Source: Amoebidium appalachense (Eukaryota; Protista; Ichthyosporea). Taken from it: 64,000 nucleotides of DNA. Position 1 is the first letter of the stretch. Each line of letters opens with the position of its first letter. The stretch is from assembly GCA_963693365.1 (NCBI GenBank), contig CAVNZM010000008.1, forward strand, positions 3,563,572 through 3,627,571, read 5' to 3'. Shown here piece after piece: positions 1-12,161 of this stretch. Position numbers and translations under genes: made by a program. The notes beneath the pieces were generated by a model. That model was not told the DNA's origin and ran no database searches. It saw nothing but the letters and a program-made list of their open reading frames with translations.

Positions 1-59
1 CTCAGGGGGGGGCCACGTCATCCACGGTACCCAAGGTCGACCAATTCACCTCGTTAACG
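1..59 (-). mobile_element. Partial copy of the structured poly(C)-ended dispersed repeat (subfamily A)
   Basis: ctcagggggg..ccacgtcatccacggtaccc..tcgaccaattcacctcgttaacg aligns to 2356-2414. Confidence 0.75.
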
Positions 60-172
60 GGGGGAAGGGGAAGGGGAGGTAAGAAGGCCTTGTGACACTG
101 AGTATGCAGTACACGTTCATGATGAAAAAATAATGCAGAGTGCAAAGTACACACAAAGATTATGGGGGGGAA

Positions 173-205
<33 letters not shown>

Positions 206-215
206 GGGGGGGGAC

Positions 216-1395
216 CTGAGCGCTTAAGAATTTCCAAACAGCCCTTGGGGGTGCATGATACGTGGCCCAGCTCAATCTCACCCTTAGACAGGTGACCAAT
301 GTTGACTGACGTGAACCTGTGTGTGTGTGTGTGTGTGTGAGAGTGTGTGTGTGTGGTGCGCACACGTGTGTGTGTGTGTGCGTGCGCACGCGCATATGTG
401 TGTGTGTATGTGTATGCGTGAGTGTGTAATTGTTAGCTCTGAGCTTCTCTCGTGCACAACGATCACCATGCAAAGATTTGATATTCATATCCATCTTTCT
501 CACGTTCTCTTGCGATCTCCCTGCTTGCTCTCTCTCTACCTCGCCCTCCTCTCCCCCCCCCCCCCCCCCCCTTTCCTCTCTCTCCCTCTCCCCGCCCCTC
601 CCCCGAGCACACCCCCCCCCCCCCCACCCACCCCCCACCCTCACTCACACTCACACAGACACATATCATCCTTGATCTCCTGGCAACTCAGCCTCACCGT
701 GTCTACGGTAACTCCGGGCAACGGAAGAACGAAGTGCATACAGCTGCAAGTAGTACAAAGCGCAAAGAGTGACACCTGCAAAGAGTACCACTGGCACAGA
801 CAAGCAGTGTGAGCATTCACACGAGTAAAACGGCACGTGCCAAACACTCCAAGTGCAAAGAGTACAAGGTGCACACAGTGCCGTGTGCAATAAGTACCAC
901 ATGGACATACCCGTCCACGTCCTTCTCTGCCAGCACCGACTCGGTGATCTTCTTCTCGTTCATACCAGAAGGCAGCGGAAGCTGAACCAGAATACCTGCA
1001 CAAAAAAGGAAAGAGAGACCCAATCAGAAGCAAGCTTCATGTTGCTTAGCTTGTTGTCCCTGGTGTCGATTACTTCAATTGTTTCCGCTTTAAATGAGAG
1101 GGGGGGGGAGGAATAACTACAGGCCCTTATCTTGTGAGCTGGGAGGGGTAGTTTTTCTTTCTTTTCTTTTTTTTTTTGTGTGTGTGTGGGGGGGGGGGGG
1201 GGGGAGGGGGGGGGGTTTGAATGCGTCAAAAAGTACGAAGTACACAAGAACAAACGGATAACACGATGCAGAATGCAAGCCATACATAAAGAGTATGCAT
1301 AATAAGCAGAGCCCATCCTCAGGGGGGGCCCACGTCATCCACAGTACCCGAGTTTCGACCTATTCCCCTCGTTAACGAAACCCAACTCAGATACT

Positions 1396-1427
<32 letters not shown>

Positions 1428-1721
1428 GGGGGAAGGGAGTAGCTTATGTGTGTACATGTCTGAGTTTGTGTGCAAGTGTGTGTGTGTGTGTGTGTGTGCG
1501 TGTGCGTGTGCGTGTGCGTGTGCGTGTGTGTGCGTGTGCGTGTGTGTTTGTGTGCGTGTGTGTGTGTGTGCGTGTGTGTGCCCATGGATGCCCTGAGATT
1601 GGTCGTGCCTGTGCGGTGCCTGGGTGTGTGCGTGTTTGGCTGATTTTGAATGTGTGTGAAGGTGCGTGCGTGCGCGCATGCTCGCTTGTGTATGTGTGTG
1701 TGTGTGTGTGTGCGTGTGCGT

Positions 1722-1787
<66 letters not shown>

Positions 1788-2570
1788 GCGCGCGTGCATG
1801 TGTGTACGTATCTATGTAGGTGTGTGTGTGTGTGCGTACGTGCCGGCTGGAACAGTCAGGCGTGGGTGCCTATATGCCTGTGTGTGAGCGTGTGTAAGTG
1901 AACTTGTGGGTGGGTGGGTGCAACTTTGTCTCTGTATGTATGTGCACATGTGTCTGTGAGCGGAGTGACTGTGTACTGGCATGAGTGACTCGATGCATGT
2001 GCGTGTCTGTGTGTTCACCAAAAAATCCACATGCACTACTACGTCTGCGCCTTCATCCGTGTTTAGGTGTTCATATGCAATGAAGGGTGCAAGCTCCCAA
2101 CTAGACTTACCATGAACTGAGGGATCTTCATTTAGCCACCGAAGGGTTTCCAGAACCTATTATTATGTGTGCCTGTCAGACTCAGTCCTAATGCCCCCGA
2201 AAAAATGGTGGAGGGTGAAAAACCCGGGGGGGGGGGGGGGGGGGGGGGGGGGGTTTGAAGGCGTCATAAAGTACGAAGTACACAAGAACAAACGGATAAC
2301 ACGATGCAGAATGCCAGCCATACATAAAGAGTATGCATAATAAGCAGAGCCCATCCTCAGGGGGGCCCACGTCATCCACAGTACCCGAGTTTCGACCTAT
2401 TCACCTCGTTAACGAAACCCAACTCAAATACTGTTTCACTTGAACATGGGTAGGTCACCCGTCTTGATCAGAGACGAGCAGGGTTGCTTATGCAGGAAAG
2501 GGCAGTGGGAAAGGCCGGGGTTAAAGTTGCAGCAGCAAGCAGCAGCAAGAAAAACATAGATAGGAACTCA

Positions 2571-2618
<48 letters not shown>

Positions 2619-2767
2619 AGAAAGTGGGGAAGGGGCGGTTCGGAATGTGTATGAGAATACGTACGAACTGCACATTCTGAGGGACAACACAGAGCTGAAT
2701 GCAAAGCACACAAAAAAAAAATTGTATTAATAGCAAAGCTTATCCTGAGAAGGAGGGGAGAGGGGCG

Positions 2768-2798
<31 letters not shown>

Positions 2799-3661
2799 GG
2801 GGGGGGGGGGAGGGGGGGAGGGGGGGGGGGGGGGGGTTGCTTCCTCTCCCCTTTGGTTTTGAATAGGTCGGTTGACAGTGTGTGAGCTAGGTATTGTACG
2901 TGCCCGCGTGTGTGTGTGTGTGTGTGCGCGCGCGCCGCATGTGTGCGGGTTGTACACATGTGTGCCTGTGCGCCTTTGTGTGTGTGTGTGTGTCCGTGGT
3001 GTGTGCATTCGTGCATGGGTGTGTAGGTGTTGCGCGCATGCACGCATGCGCGCGTGATGTGTGTAGGTGTGTTAGCCGAGGGTTGGGTGGGTGTTCTGTG
3101 GCGCAAGCGAGTATGTGTGCACGTATGTCCTTTTTCCTTGCAGGCTGGCCATGCATATGTATGTGCTATGAAAGTAATGATGCGGATACATAATGGATGG
3201 TACGGAGTTAAAAATTCGTACAAAATGCATTGCCGAGTGCACGAGAAGGGGTGGGCGACTGGATCCCCTTTATAATTGGGGGGGGGGAAGGAGGGGGGGG
3301 GGGGCTGAAATGTGTTACAGACTTTGAAGTACAAATTCATGACGGACACACAATACCTAATCTACAAAGAAACGAGAGCACACACAAAAGGGCGGAGGGG
3401 TGGGGGGGGGGGAGGTCACCTCGCTCTCGTGAGCTTCGGCGGGAAACTTGATGTGTTGGAACTGAAAGCCAGCCTGTGACAAAGCTCTTGTTACGACTTG
3501 AACTAATCCCCCCCCCCCCTCCCCCCGCCCTCTCAAAAAAAATGCCACTTCTTAGAAGGAAGGGGAAAACGAAGATTATAGGAAACAGATGGAGGGCTGG
3601 ACCAAGATCCTGGTGGCAAGATGCCAGAGCCTGAGGGCAAGCCTCCCCCCCCCCCCCCCCC

Positions 3662-3712
<51 letters not shown>

Positions 3713-4042
3713 CCTCCCCCCCCCCCCCCCCCCTCTCCCCCCTCCTCTCTCCTAACTCTTTCTCCACACGCCCCTCCAACAATATGCCCCGTCCCCAACT
3801 AATTCATTTCTTTCTTCAATACAAACCTCCTCCAAACACAGCCATACTGACGTCAAACACTCTGCCTTCCTGCTTGCCCAACCCACTCAAGTAAATTTGC
3901 TCACATTGCATTTCTTACCAAGACCATCTCCCCCTCCCCCCCCCTCCCCCCCCCCCCCCCCCCCCCCCAACGCTTCCCAGGTCCCTTTATCACCTCCGGT
4001 CTCTCTAATCTCGCGGTCTGCCCCTCCTATCCCCCCGCTTCC

Positions 4043-4089
<47 letters not shown>

Positions 4090-4363
4090 CAACCCCTGAT
4101 CCCTTCTGATCCGGTTTTCTGTATCTCCCCCCCCCACCCACCCCCTTCCCCGGACGCCCCTCTCACCTCCGGTCTCCCAGTTTGTGTTCTCTATTCCCCC
4201 TCCCCCGCTTCCCCATTCATTTCCCTCCCCTTTTCCCACCAGTCGACCCGCAAGACCCTGGTTGGTGTCTGTAACCATAATGGTCTTTCTTGCCTCTGCC
4301 CCCCTCCCCCTCCCAGCACCACCACCACCACCACCGCCAACTCCCCCCCCTCCCCCCCCCCCC

Positions 4364-4394
<31 letters not shown>

Positions 4395-4966
4395 ACACAT
4401 GCACACTGTACCTCCTCTGCCGCCTTCTGCTTCATCCGGATGTACACATTGGAGTCTTCCCTTGCCCCAACCTACATCCAAACCCCAATGTCAGTTTACA
4501 GAAATATTAACAAAACGCAAAAGCCCCTGTACTTGTTCTTTCATTCTTTCTCTCACTCACACACTCTCTCTCGCTCTCTCTCTTTTTTTTTTTTTTGGTG
4601 GTGGGGGCGGCGGCGGCGGGGGGGGGGGGGGGGGGGGGGGGGGGGGATGGGGTGGACGAACGTGTAGAAGCTGGTTGTTAGAGCAGCTTTGAAGATGGAA
4701 GGGGCCGGGGGGGAGGGGAGGGGGGGGCTAAATGCATGTGGGGGTGAGAAGTCACCACCAATTCCAAAGAGGAAGTATGTAGAGTGATGGCCTGAAGGGG
4801 TGGGGTGGGGTGGGGAGGGCAGGGATGGTAAGAAACAGTGTGGAGTTTCCATTGGGTGGAGAAGGAATGGTATGAGGAGAAAGGAATGCTAGGTGTGCAG
4901 GGAAGAGGGGGGGGGAGGGGGGGGGGGGGGGGGATTTCATCCCTTTTCCTCAAAGAAAAAAAAAAA

Positions 4967-4998
<32 letters not shown>

Positions 4999-5123
4999 AT
5001 ATATTACCTGCACGACAGCCAGGCCCGGAACCTCATTGTGTTGGGCCTTCAGGGCTTGAATCTCGGCAGCAATCTCAGACCGTACAGCCCTGGTGGGAAA
5101 AGAGGAGAGGGGGGAGGGGGGAA

Positions 5124-5159
<36 letters not shown>

Positions 5160-5587
5160 GAGAGTTGTGTGGAATTGGTAGGGGTTGAGAATGGCACAAA
5201 GGGCCCCACGGGGGTAGGGGACGGGCCGGGGGGGGGGGGGGGGGAGGGGAGGGAGGGGGGGGGGGGGGAGTAGAATGTGTTGCAGAGTGCAACGTTCACA
5301 TTCACGAGTGACTACATACTGCAGAAGCTGCAAAGCACACACAAAGAACATGCATAAAAAGCAGATACCATCCTCCGGGGGGGAGGAAGGAGGGGCAAGT
5401 CATCCTCAGTACCCATGTTTCGAACCATTCACCTCGTCAACGAAACCTTATTCATATACTGCTTCAGTTCAGCACAGGCGGGAGGGGGGGGGCTATGTGG
5501 GATGAAAGGAAATATAATCAAGAGGTATGCTTGATGGTATACTCACTTGGATATGTCGGTACCACTCAGAACCCTTGCCTCCGTCAT
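216..5587 (-). CDS. MTHFD1: Methylenetetrahydrofolate dehydrogenase/cyclohydrolase (C1-THF synthase N-terminal / FolD family); 5' part, gene continues past the left edge
   Basis: Exons with GT-AG boundaries and consistent phases: 5587-5547 ([14 protein letters not shown]), 5089-5008 ([27 protein letters not shown]), 4471-4412 ([20 protein letters not shown]), 3473-3420 ([18 protein letters not shown]), 2156-2111 ([16 protein letters not shown]), 995-911 ([28 protein letters not shown]), 316-216 ([34 protein letters not shown]). [14 protein letters not shown] and CTPKG are FolD hallmarks. No transit peptide, consistent with the cytosolic MTHFD1/ADE3 type; whether it is trifunctional cannot be seen here. 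Confidence 0.93.
1216..1396 (-). mobile_element. 5'-truncated copy of the structured dispersed repeat (subfamily A), in an MTHFD1 intron
   Basis: Essentially identical to 52810-52990; flanked by poly-G on both sides (plus strand). Confidence 0.88.
2254..2494 (-). mobile_element. Apparently full-length copy of the structured SINE-like repeat (subfamily A), in an MTHFD1 intron
   Basis: Minus strand runs from TGCATAAGCAACCCTG to TTCAAA followed by poly(C); shares its 5' boundary with the 14059-14280 copy; long predicted stem-loop. Confidence 0.88.
5272..5470 (-). mobile_element. Diverged copy of the structured dispersed repeat
   Basis: gcagataccatcctc..gtcatcctcagtaccc..tttcgaaccattcacctcgtcaacgaaacc..atactg aligns to subfamily A with many substitutions. 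Confidence 0.7.
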
Positions 5588-5624
5588 TCTACAGATCTCT
5601 CTCTCACTCTGTGTGTGTGTGTGT

Positions 5625-5660
<36 letters not shown>

Positions 5661-5671
5661 AGTGGGATTAG

Positions 5672-5708
<37 letters not shown>

Positions 5709-6214
5709 TGTGTGTGTGTGTGTGTGTGTGTCTGTGTGTGTGTGTCTGTGTGTGTGTCTGTGTGTGTGCTTGTGCGGTTTGTGAGTGAGAGTGTGATGTG
5801 TGTGTTGGGTGGAGAATTGAAGGGCCGGTGTGGGGCGGTGAAAGGGAGGGAGGGGTTGGGGTTGGGGGGGGGGGGGGGGGGGGGGGGGGAGGGGGACCGG
5901 TGGGGAGGGAAGGGGACGTCAGGCCCGTTTACGTCAGTTCCAAACCGGCAAGATGGTAGATGTGTGTCTTGACAATAGATAAACATATAGTTGGAATAAC
6001 AGGGTGAGATGTTTGGTGCGGGCCTTGAGTTGACGACAGAGAGTTGTGGGTGGAAGATCAACCAGAGGGGGATGGGTCGGGGTGGCGGATCCCTCGCGAA
6101 GAGGAGGGGGTGGGGGGAGAGAATAGGGGGTGGGGGGGGTGGGGGGTGGGGGGAAAAGGGCATTAGTGATCGGGAACCGACGTGTGGATGTGTGGGGGGG
6201 GGGGGGGGGGGAAG

Positions 6215-6257
<43 letters not shown>

Positions 6258-8312
6258 GGGGGGTGCGGTAGGAAGGGGAGAGAACGGGGTTGGGGGTGGG
6301 TGGGGGAAAGAGGTATGTGTGTGTGTGTGTGGAGGGTTGGGGGAAGGGGGGAAGGGGGGGGGGAGCAAGGGCTTGGTGGGCAACACTGGGCAACACTATT
6401 TTCCTTTACATCCAGATCGGATAGAGTGCTCGACCAGATGTTTTCGGATGTGCACTAGATCAGACCAAGCAACAGTATGAGAAAGAATGCAACCAAAACT
6501 TTCTGCTTGACTACTGTCCCTGCTAGGAGGTTCAAATATTGTAGGCACAAAGGCAAAAGGGAAGGAACGAAAAACAAGAGCTGGGACGAAGCAGGGGTTT
6601 TCCAGCGAACTTTGAGGGGCTATGGAGTGTGACATTTGTCCGCTTGATTAGACTATCATAGATCTAAAATCTGTCCCAATGTTACCCTTTGCTTTCGTTT
6701 TTTTCCCAACCATAAGATACACAGGTCCGGACCCAAAAGACTTTCATCCATTTGTTCCGTAAACAAAGAGCTTCTACGAGCAGAGCTTTAGCCCGAATCA
6801 AACACCAATGCTTCCCGCTTCCTATGATGAGAACAAAATCACACACACATGCAGCGTTATCATGCTCATCTCTGGAGGAAGCTCTCGCCTTCTCTACTTT
6901 TTAGACGATGTTTTCAGCAACTGTCCAACTTGAAACTCACCCTTCTTCAGCTCTTCTCGAGAAAACGGTGCAGTTTCCATAGCACAGCTCCGGCGGAAAG
7001 CCTTCCAAGACCTCGAAAGCCACACCACACCTTTCTATGGCAATCTGGTAGATTTTGGCGCGAGGGTTACTCAATGATGATTGGTTAAACTTGAGAATAT
7101 TAGCACCACATTTGGCATTTTGTTGCGTACTCCTGTTCATAATGTTTTGTGAATGGCGGTAAATCATGCATTTTGTAATGCTCTATTTGGTTGGATATCA
7201 ACGGGCACATGGGGCGGGCATGGCTTTTCAAGGCTTGCTTTCCATACGTTTCCTTTTCATACGTTTCCTTTTCAAGGCCTCGTTTCCATATTTACTGCCG
7301 TTTCGCGTTGTCAAGCCTTCCCAAACCTTTGCAGGTGTGGGGAATATACAAGCAAGTGTATGCGGTGGTTGCCTGTGATTTTTCTCTCTTTACATCTCTG
7401 TCCTGATGTTTCTGCTGTAGAATAGATGCCTCCGTCATGGGCGTGTAGCCTCTCCGAGGGATGTCTAACGCGTGACTGATATCAATAACTGATAGATGTT
7501 TTCGGCTCCCTTTCCCTCTCGTGGTTTTTTTCTCCAATTTAAAGTCCTATCCTCACCTCTCCTTCTGCCTTAAGGGACCGGTATTTACAGCTGCCAAGTT
7601 TTTTGATAACCGATTCCTCCTCTGGCAAGCGAGATCTTGCATGTAGGTATGCGCAGGCATGTTTTCGTCAACGGTTAAGAGTGTATGGGGTTTGTGGTTG
7701 TGGGTTCATCACGGGTCCCCGGGGTGCGGGCTGTGAGCTGACCTCGGGGTATGTCGAGGTTTAGTCGGCGGGAGTGCCACTGGTTAAACCTAAATTTATG
7801 GGTTCGGTGAACCTGCGTGTGTGGTCTGTGCGTGTGTGTGAGGGGGGGGAGGGAGGGGAGAGGGGATATTTGCAACGTTGGTCGTCCTGCAGGAGGCTGG
7901 GTATCGCAATGATTAGCCGCGGGTTGCTGGGTTGGGGTTGGGGGGGTTGTTGGGGGGGGGGGGGGGGGGGGGGGGCACGTTTATTAAGAAGGTGCTGGAT
8001 GATGTGCTACGTACGTGTAGATTCGAGATCTTCATGAAATGAAGGAGAGAACATCGAAGCCGGCGAGTAGAAGCGTGCATCTTTTTTCCGAACCCGTCGG
8101 ATATGTATTCCTGTTTGAAATCATAACGAAGTTCCAGAGCAAGCCAAGAGCTACTGTACATGGACTGCCGTGGTTGCAATTTCCGCCTTATGGTTCAAAT
8201 ACGGGTTTTGACCACTGTGCACAGAGTCAGAGGCAGAAAGAGAAATATTGGTCAACCTGACAGTGTGCATATAGAATTCTTGTGTGAGCCGTGCGCCTAT
8301 CAGTGTGCGTTT

Positions 8313-8365
<53 letters not shown>

Positions 8366-8965
8366 CGATAGTATACTAGTGGATGCATTCAACGGCTATT
8401 GTCAATTGAAAGATGGCGGGCTGCCAGATACAGTTACAGGGGTCATTCAGGATATTGACAATAGTATTAGGATTTTTGGAAAAGATAATGGGGGCTGCCC
8501 TGAGGCTGGGGTTAAAATAAGACAACGGGTAGCCTCCTCCTCCTACTAGCCCTTTCCCCTTCCCGCCCCCCCTCCCCTCCCCCCCCCCCCCCCCCCCCCC
8601 CCCGCGCATGGTTACCCGCTCACCCACGCCTGTTCCACCCAATACTTAGCACCTCTCCTAGCATCCCCACACTCCCCCACACTCCCAAATATGCAGGGCG
8701 GCAGCCCGCGAGGATACTTATCCCCATTCTGAGATCCCACAAACGGCATGCGTTGTGCCAGCGGACACATGTCATATGAAGCATAGTGGGAGGGTGCCAG
8801 CAATGCATGGTTACCCTCGTGCGAATCCATCCGTTAATCCATCCCCCCTGCCCCCCCGTCCCCCTCAAAAAAAAAAAAAAGAAAGAAAGAAAGAAAAGAA
8901 AAAGAAAAAGAAATTTGCCTCCCATAGCCTAACCGCTAGAAAAGGGTCTCACGTCAATGGGGGGG

Positions 8966-9154
8966 TTTGAATGTGAAATACGGGCACGAAGTATGTACAC
9001 TGAACAGGACACAAGCAAAGGCAAACATTCAAGTATGGAAAAATCAGAAATGCGCACAGTATGTGTCATAAGCAGAGTCCATCCTCAGGGAAGGCCCAGG
9101 CCATCAATTGTGCATGAGTTTCGGCCCCTGAGCCGTCGTATACATGACTCTCCA
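8966..9154 (-). mobile_element. 5'-truncated copy of the structured dispersed repeat (subfamily B)
   Basis: gggtttgaatg..cacgaagta..gcaaaggcaaacattcaagtatg..cataagcagagtccatcctcagggaaggccca matches 13086-13199 and 14059-14280. Confidence 0.8.
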
Positions 9155-9639
9155 TGGGGGGGGAGGGAGAGGGGGAGCAAAGAGAAGGTCCGTCGTACGG
9201 ACCTTATCTGGGATGGGAAGGGGGGGGGGGAGTGAATTAGATTACACACCCTGCCGCCGAAAAACCTTATGACTCAGATTACCTGTTGTCTTAAAAGTGA
9301 GTGACCAGTGTAATCATGTACAGGCTCTACAAAAAATGTATATAGCATGTCGTGGCCACAGGCCCTCGACTCCATGTTGCGACTTTGTTTGTCTGCATTT
9401 AAAAGATGGCCTCGCATGCCTCACATGTTGCACTAACTACCTAAAAAAACCTCTTTCTTTTGACTACACGCTTGTTACTTACCCATCATTACAGCATAGT
9501 ATTGCTAAGAATACATCCCGATTACCAGAGTCACAAATGTTAAACAGGCATTAGGTACAGTACGCCTCTACGAATACAAACCGACCATATCAACTTCCAC
9601 AACGCCCTTCAACGATGCTAAACGTTCCAAACTCAGGAG

Positions 9640-11175
9640 CTAAACTATACATTTGCTTGTTTGTTCCGCCGTTGCCTTACACCGAACATTCGGTATTTCT
9701 ACCAACTTCCCCTCCTCCTTTTCCTTTTTTACGTCACTTGAGCACTCGCCCTGCACCACCGACGGGTGATTATTCGACTCACACAACTCATGATCATGTG
9801 CCGTCGACAAGAGCGGCTCCGGCAGCGCGAATTCCGCCCGTAACGCCGACGGCTTGCGTTGATTTTTCGTGAGTAAAGTGTTAATGTTCCCATCCATGCT
9901 TCCAGAATCAGAGGCGCTATTGCTACTGGTGCTCCCGATTCGTCTCAAAATGGCAACCCGAGATTCGCGGCACGTGCTGCTATTTTGCATAAAAATCTGA
10001 GGGACGGAGTGAGTCGATAGCAGCTCAGGGGTTGGGCCGACTCTCTCCTTGGCCAGAACCACCTTGGCGGACCTCCAGAAGTATATTAGCACGAGAACCA
10101 ACTGAAGAACGTAGGAGACGTAAAGGACGACCAACCCCCACACCTGATTGTATAGGGATGTGGTGGTGGTGACCACGCCCCATATATGGCTGAGGAAGAA
10201 CAGCACTGACATGGCGGTGAGGATGATGGACTGGTCGAGGTCGAACCTTCTCAACTCCCTCCGCAGAAGATACACCAGGCCGACCGCATACATGTCCACT
10301 CCGACCAGCACAGCGATGTAAACGGGAAAAAACGAATATATCCAAGCTGGGGGCGGGCTTCCCTTTGTTGCATGCGCAATCTCGATGCTCATGCCAACCA
10401 GAGCCGGGGCTAACCCGATGGCGACGTAAATTTGTGGCAGTGCTATAAGCACGTTTCGCACCCATAGTCTCCGTGTTTGCGGATTATGGAGGGGAACCTC
10501 GATGAAATAGACTATGCTTATACGCAAAAGACAGGAAGTAACGGGAAGAATAGCCAGCGGGCGAGCCAGCCAGTACGGCACGGTCAAGCCGATAATGTTG
10601 TAGGCTAACCCGTATTTTTCGGGGCCCCCAATCACCCCTGTGCCCCCTAGAAGAATCGTACCCAGCATGTATAGCCTAAAAACGTATCCCGTGAGCACAA
10701 GAGCTACCGTTGCCATGGGAATTCGTCCAGAAGCGAGTCTCGAATTACGCAAACGCACCCACCAGGCCACCAGCGCTGCAACCTCTATTAATAGCGCCAG
10801 CCCGGCGGTTGCCCAGCAAAAGAAACCTATCGTAGTAAACGCAGGTGCCGTAAGGGGCTCCCTTTGACCGTCGTATTTCCACACTTTTGCGAGAGCGAAG
10901 AAAACGATGATACTCAACGCCACGGCCGAAAAGACTGCGGGAAGCAGAAACATCATAGCTTTCCGTTGCTTGGGGGCTACCGTATCGTCTGTGTTTAAAA
11001 CCTTATGATTCACGGAGAGGTTCTGTGACGGACTGTTGACTGTTGTCCAACCGCTAACATTCGCCTGTGTGCCATTCAAAGACCGTATTAGGATGTCTGA
11101 TCCTTTCCTTGAATCTCCCCTGGCTGGTAACAATGTGCAGCCCAAGGCTGCTGGTGGCTCTAATCCTTGAGCCAT
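9640..11175 (-). CDS. Intronless multi-pass membrane protein, 7TM/GPCR-like (511 aa)
   Basis: Long normal-complexity ORF with about 8 hydrophobic segments (one N-proximal plus seven), N-x-S/T sequons in the N-terminus and a Ser-rich C-tail. No family motif recognised; start codon uncertain. Confidence 0.75.
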   Translation of the reverse strand: MAQGLEPPAALGCTLLPARGDSRKGSDILIRSLNGTQANVSGWTTVNSPSQNLSVNHKVLNTDDTVAPKQRKAMMFLLPAVFSAVALSIIVFFALAKVWKYDGQREPLTAPAFTTIGFFCWATAGLALLIEVAALVAWWVRLRNSRLASGRIPMATVALVLTGYVFRLYMLGTILLGGTGVIGGPEKYGLAYNIIGLTVPYWLARPLAILPVTSCLLRISIVYFIEVPLHNPQTRRLWVRNVLIALPQIYVAIGLAPALVGMSIEIAHATKGSPPPAWIYSFFPVYIAVLVGVDMYAVGLVYLLRRELRRFDLDQSIILTAMSVLFFLSHIWGVVTTTTSLYNQVWGLVVLYVSYVLQLVLVLIYFWRSAKVVLAKERVGPTPELLSTHSVPQIFMQNSSTCRESRVAILRRIGSTSSNSASDSGSMDGNINTLLTKNQRKPSALRAEFALPEPLLSTAHDHELCESNNHPSVVQGECSSDVKKEKEEGKLVEIPNVRCKATAEQTSKCIV

Positions 11176-12161
11176 TTGTAGTTTAACGTCGGTGCTATTA
11201 GCTGTAATGTGTATGTTATGTTTAAAGAGCTAGAGATAGCGTTGTCATTACGTTTTACCCTAGTGGCTAACGAAGTCCAACCAGAGCAGACGTGAAAGGG
11301 TTTGGTGATGCATCGGCCTTGAGGTACAACTGAGTTGTATCGTATTGCCAAGTATCTTCAATTGCAATTGAATGGTAGAACTTTGCTGCGTATTTCCAAG
11401 GAACATTTATATACTTCGTCTACCTAAAGGTCATTTGCAAACATGGCCCTCTTAGTGCTTATAAAAAAATTTTCTCGTATGCCTCGGTGTTTGTCCTGGA
11501 GGCTGCTAACAACTGACTGAATGAAATCGTAAGCCGCGAGTCATACAGCAGCCAGCGGCCTTTTACAGCAAGCGAGATATATTGTCCTTGAGAGATATAG
11601 CACTTTGTAATTGCTTCAGTCTGAGTCACTGCAGAATGGGCTTCTCTATGAAAAGTTGATTATGCTTTAAATTTTTTATTTTTTTTTTGCCCATTCGCTA
11701 TGAAGAAGAAGCTGTGTTTGTTGTCATAATGAGGTGACACCAATATTTAAATGCATGCGGTTTAGCCCCCAACCGGGATTGATGTGGCTCCCCCCTGACT
11801 TTTAAACACCTAAAGTTAAAACGTGTTTGGGGAGATCTCGGCGACACCACCACCGGACCCGGGGTTGGAAATTACGCCATAGCAGGCTCTGAAGTTCAAC
11901 ACCGTTTGAAGCTACTTTCAACTATCACTTGGTGACTGGACACTCCCTTCCGATCATGAGGCTTGTAGGATGTCTGTTGTGGTTTCGCAAAGGTTTTTTT
12001 TATTTTAAAAAACCTAGTTGAATGCACGGGCGTGTATGGGATTCTAGTCGGTTTGTTGATGGTCACCTGTTCAGCGTTTTCTCTGCTGATGTTTCCGCTG
12101 TCTTCAATAGCCCGCGGCCGTCCCCATCCTTCCCCCAACTCCCCCAACTCCCCCGTCTCTC

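Noticed and set aside
2340-2400. Hammerhead ribozyme in the repeat (CTGAGGA/CTGATGA plus GAAAC-TCGG-GTA on the minus strand)
   Set aside because: Stems I and II cannot be formed around the core motifs in any permutation I tried, and subfamily B lacks the GUH triplet (GAAACTCAGAC).
2374-2522. 5S rRNA or SINE3 origin, from the scattered resemblance CTCGTC..TGATC, AGTA..TGGG, CGGGTACTGTGG
   Set aside because: The spacing is too long, the AGUA segment is fully paired rather than forming loop E, and subfamily B loses these matches. A cmsearch with the 5S model would settle it.
117-6480. Many poly-Pro, poly-Gly, HT-repeat and CV-repeat ORFs here and throughout the window
   Set aside because: Microsatellite and homopolymer translations inside introns or intergenic DNA; no coding signal.
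6400-8830. Possible multi-exon minus-strand gene or decayed element (complex sequence with splice-like sites)
   Set aside because: I could not assemble a consistent reading frame or recognise any domain.
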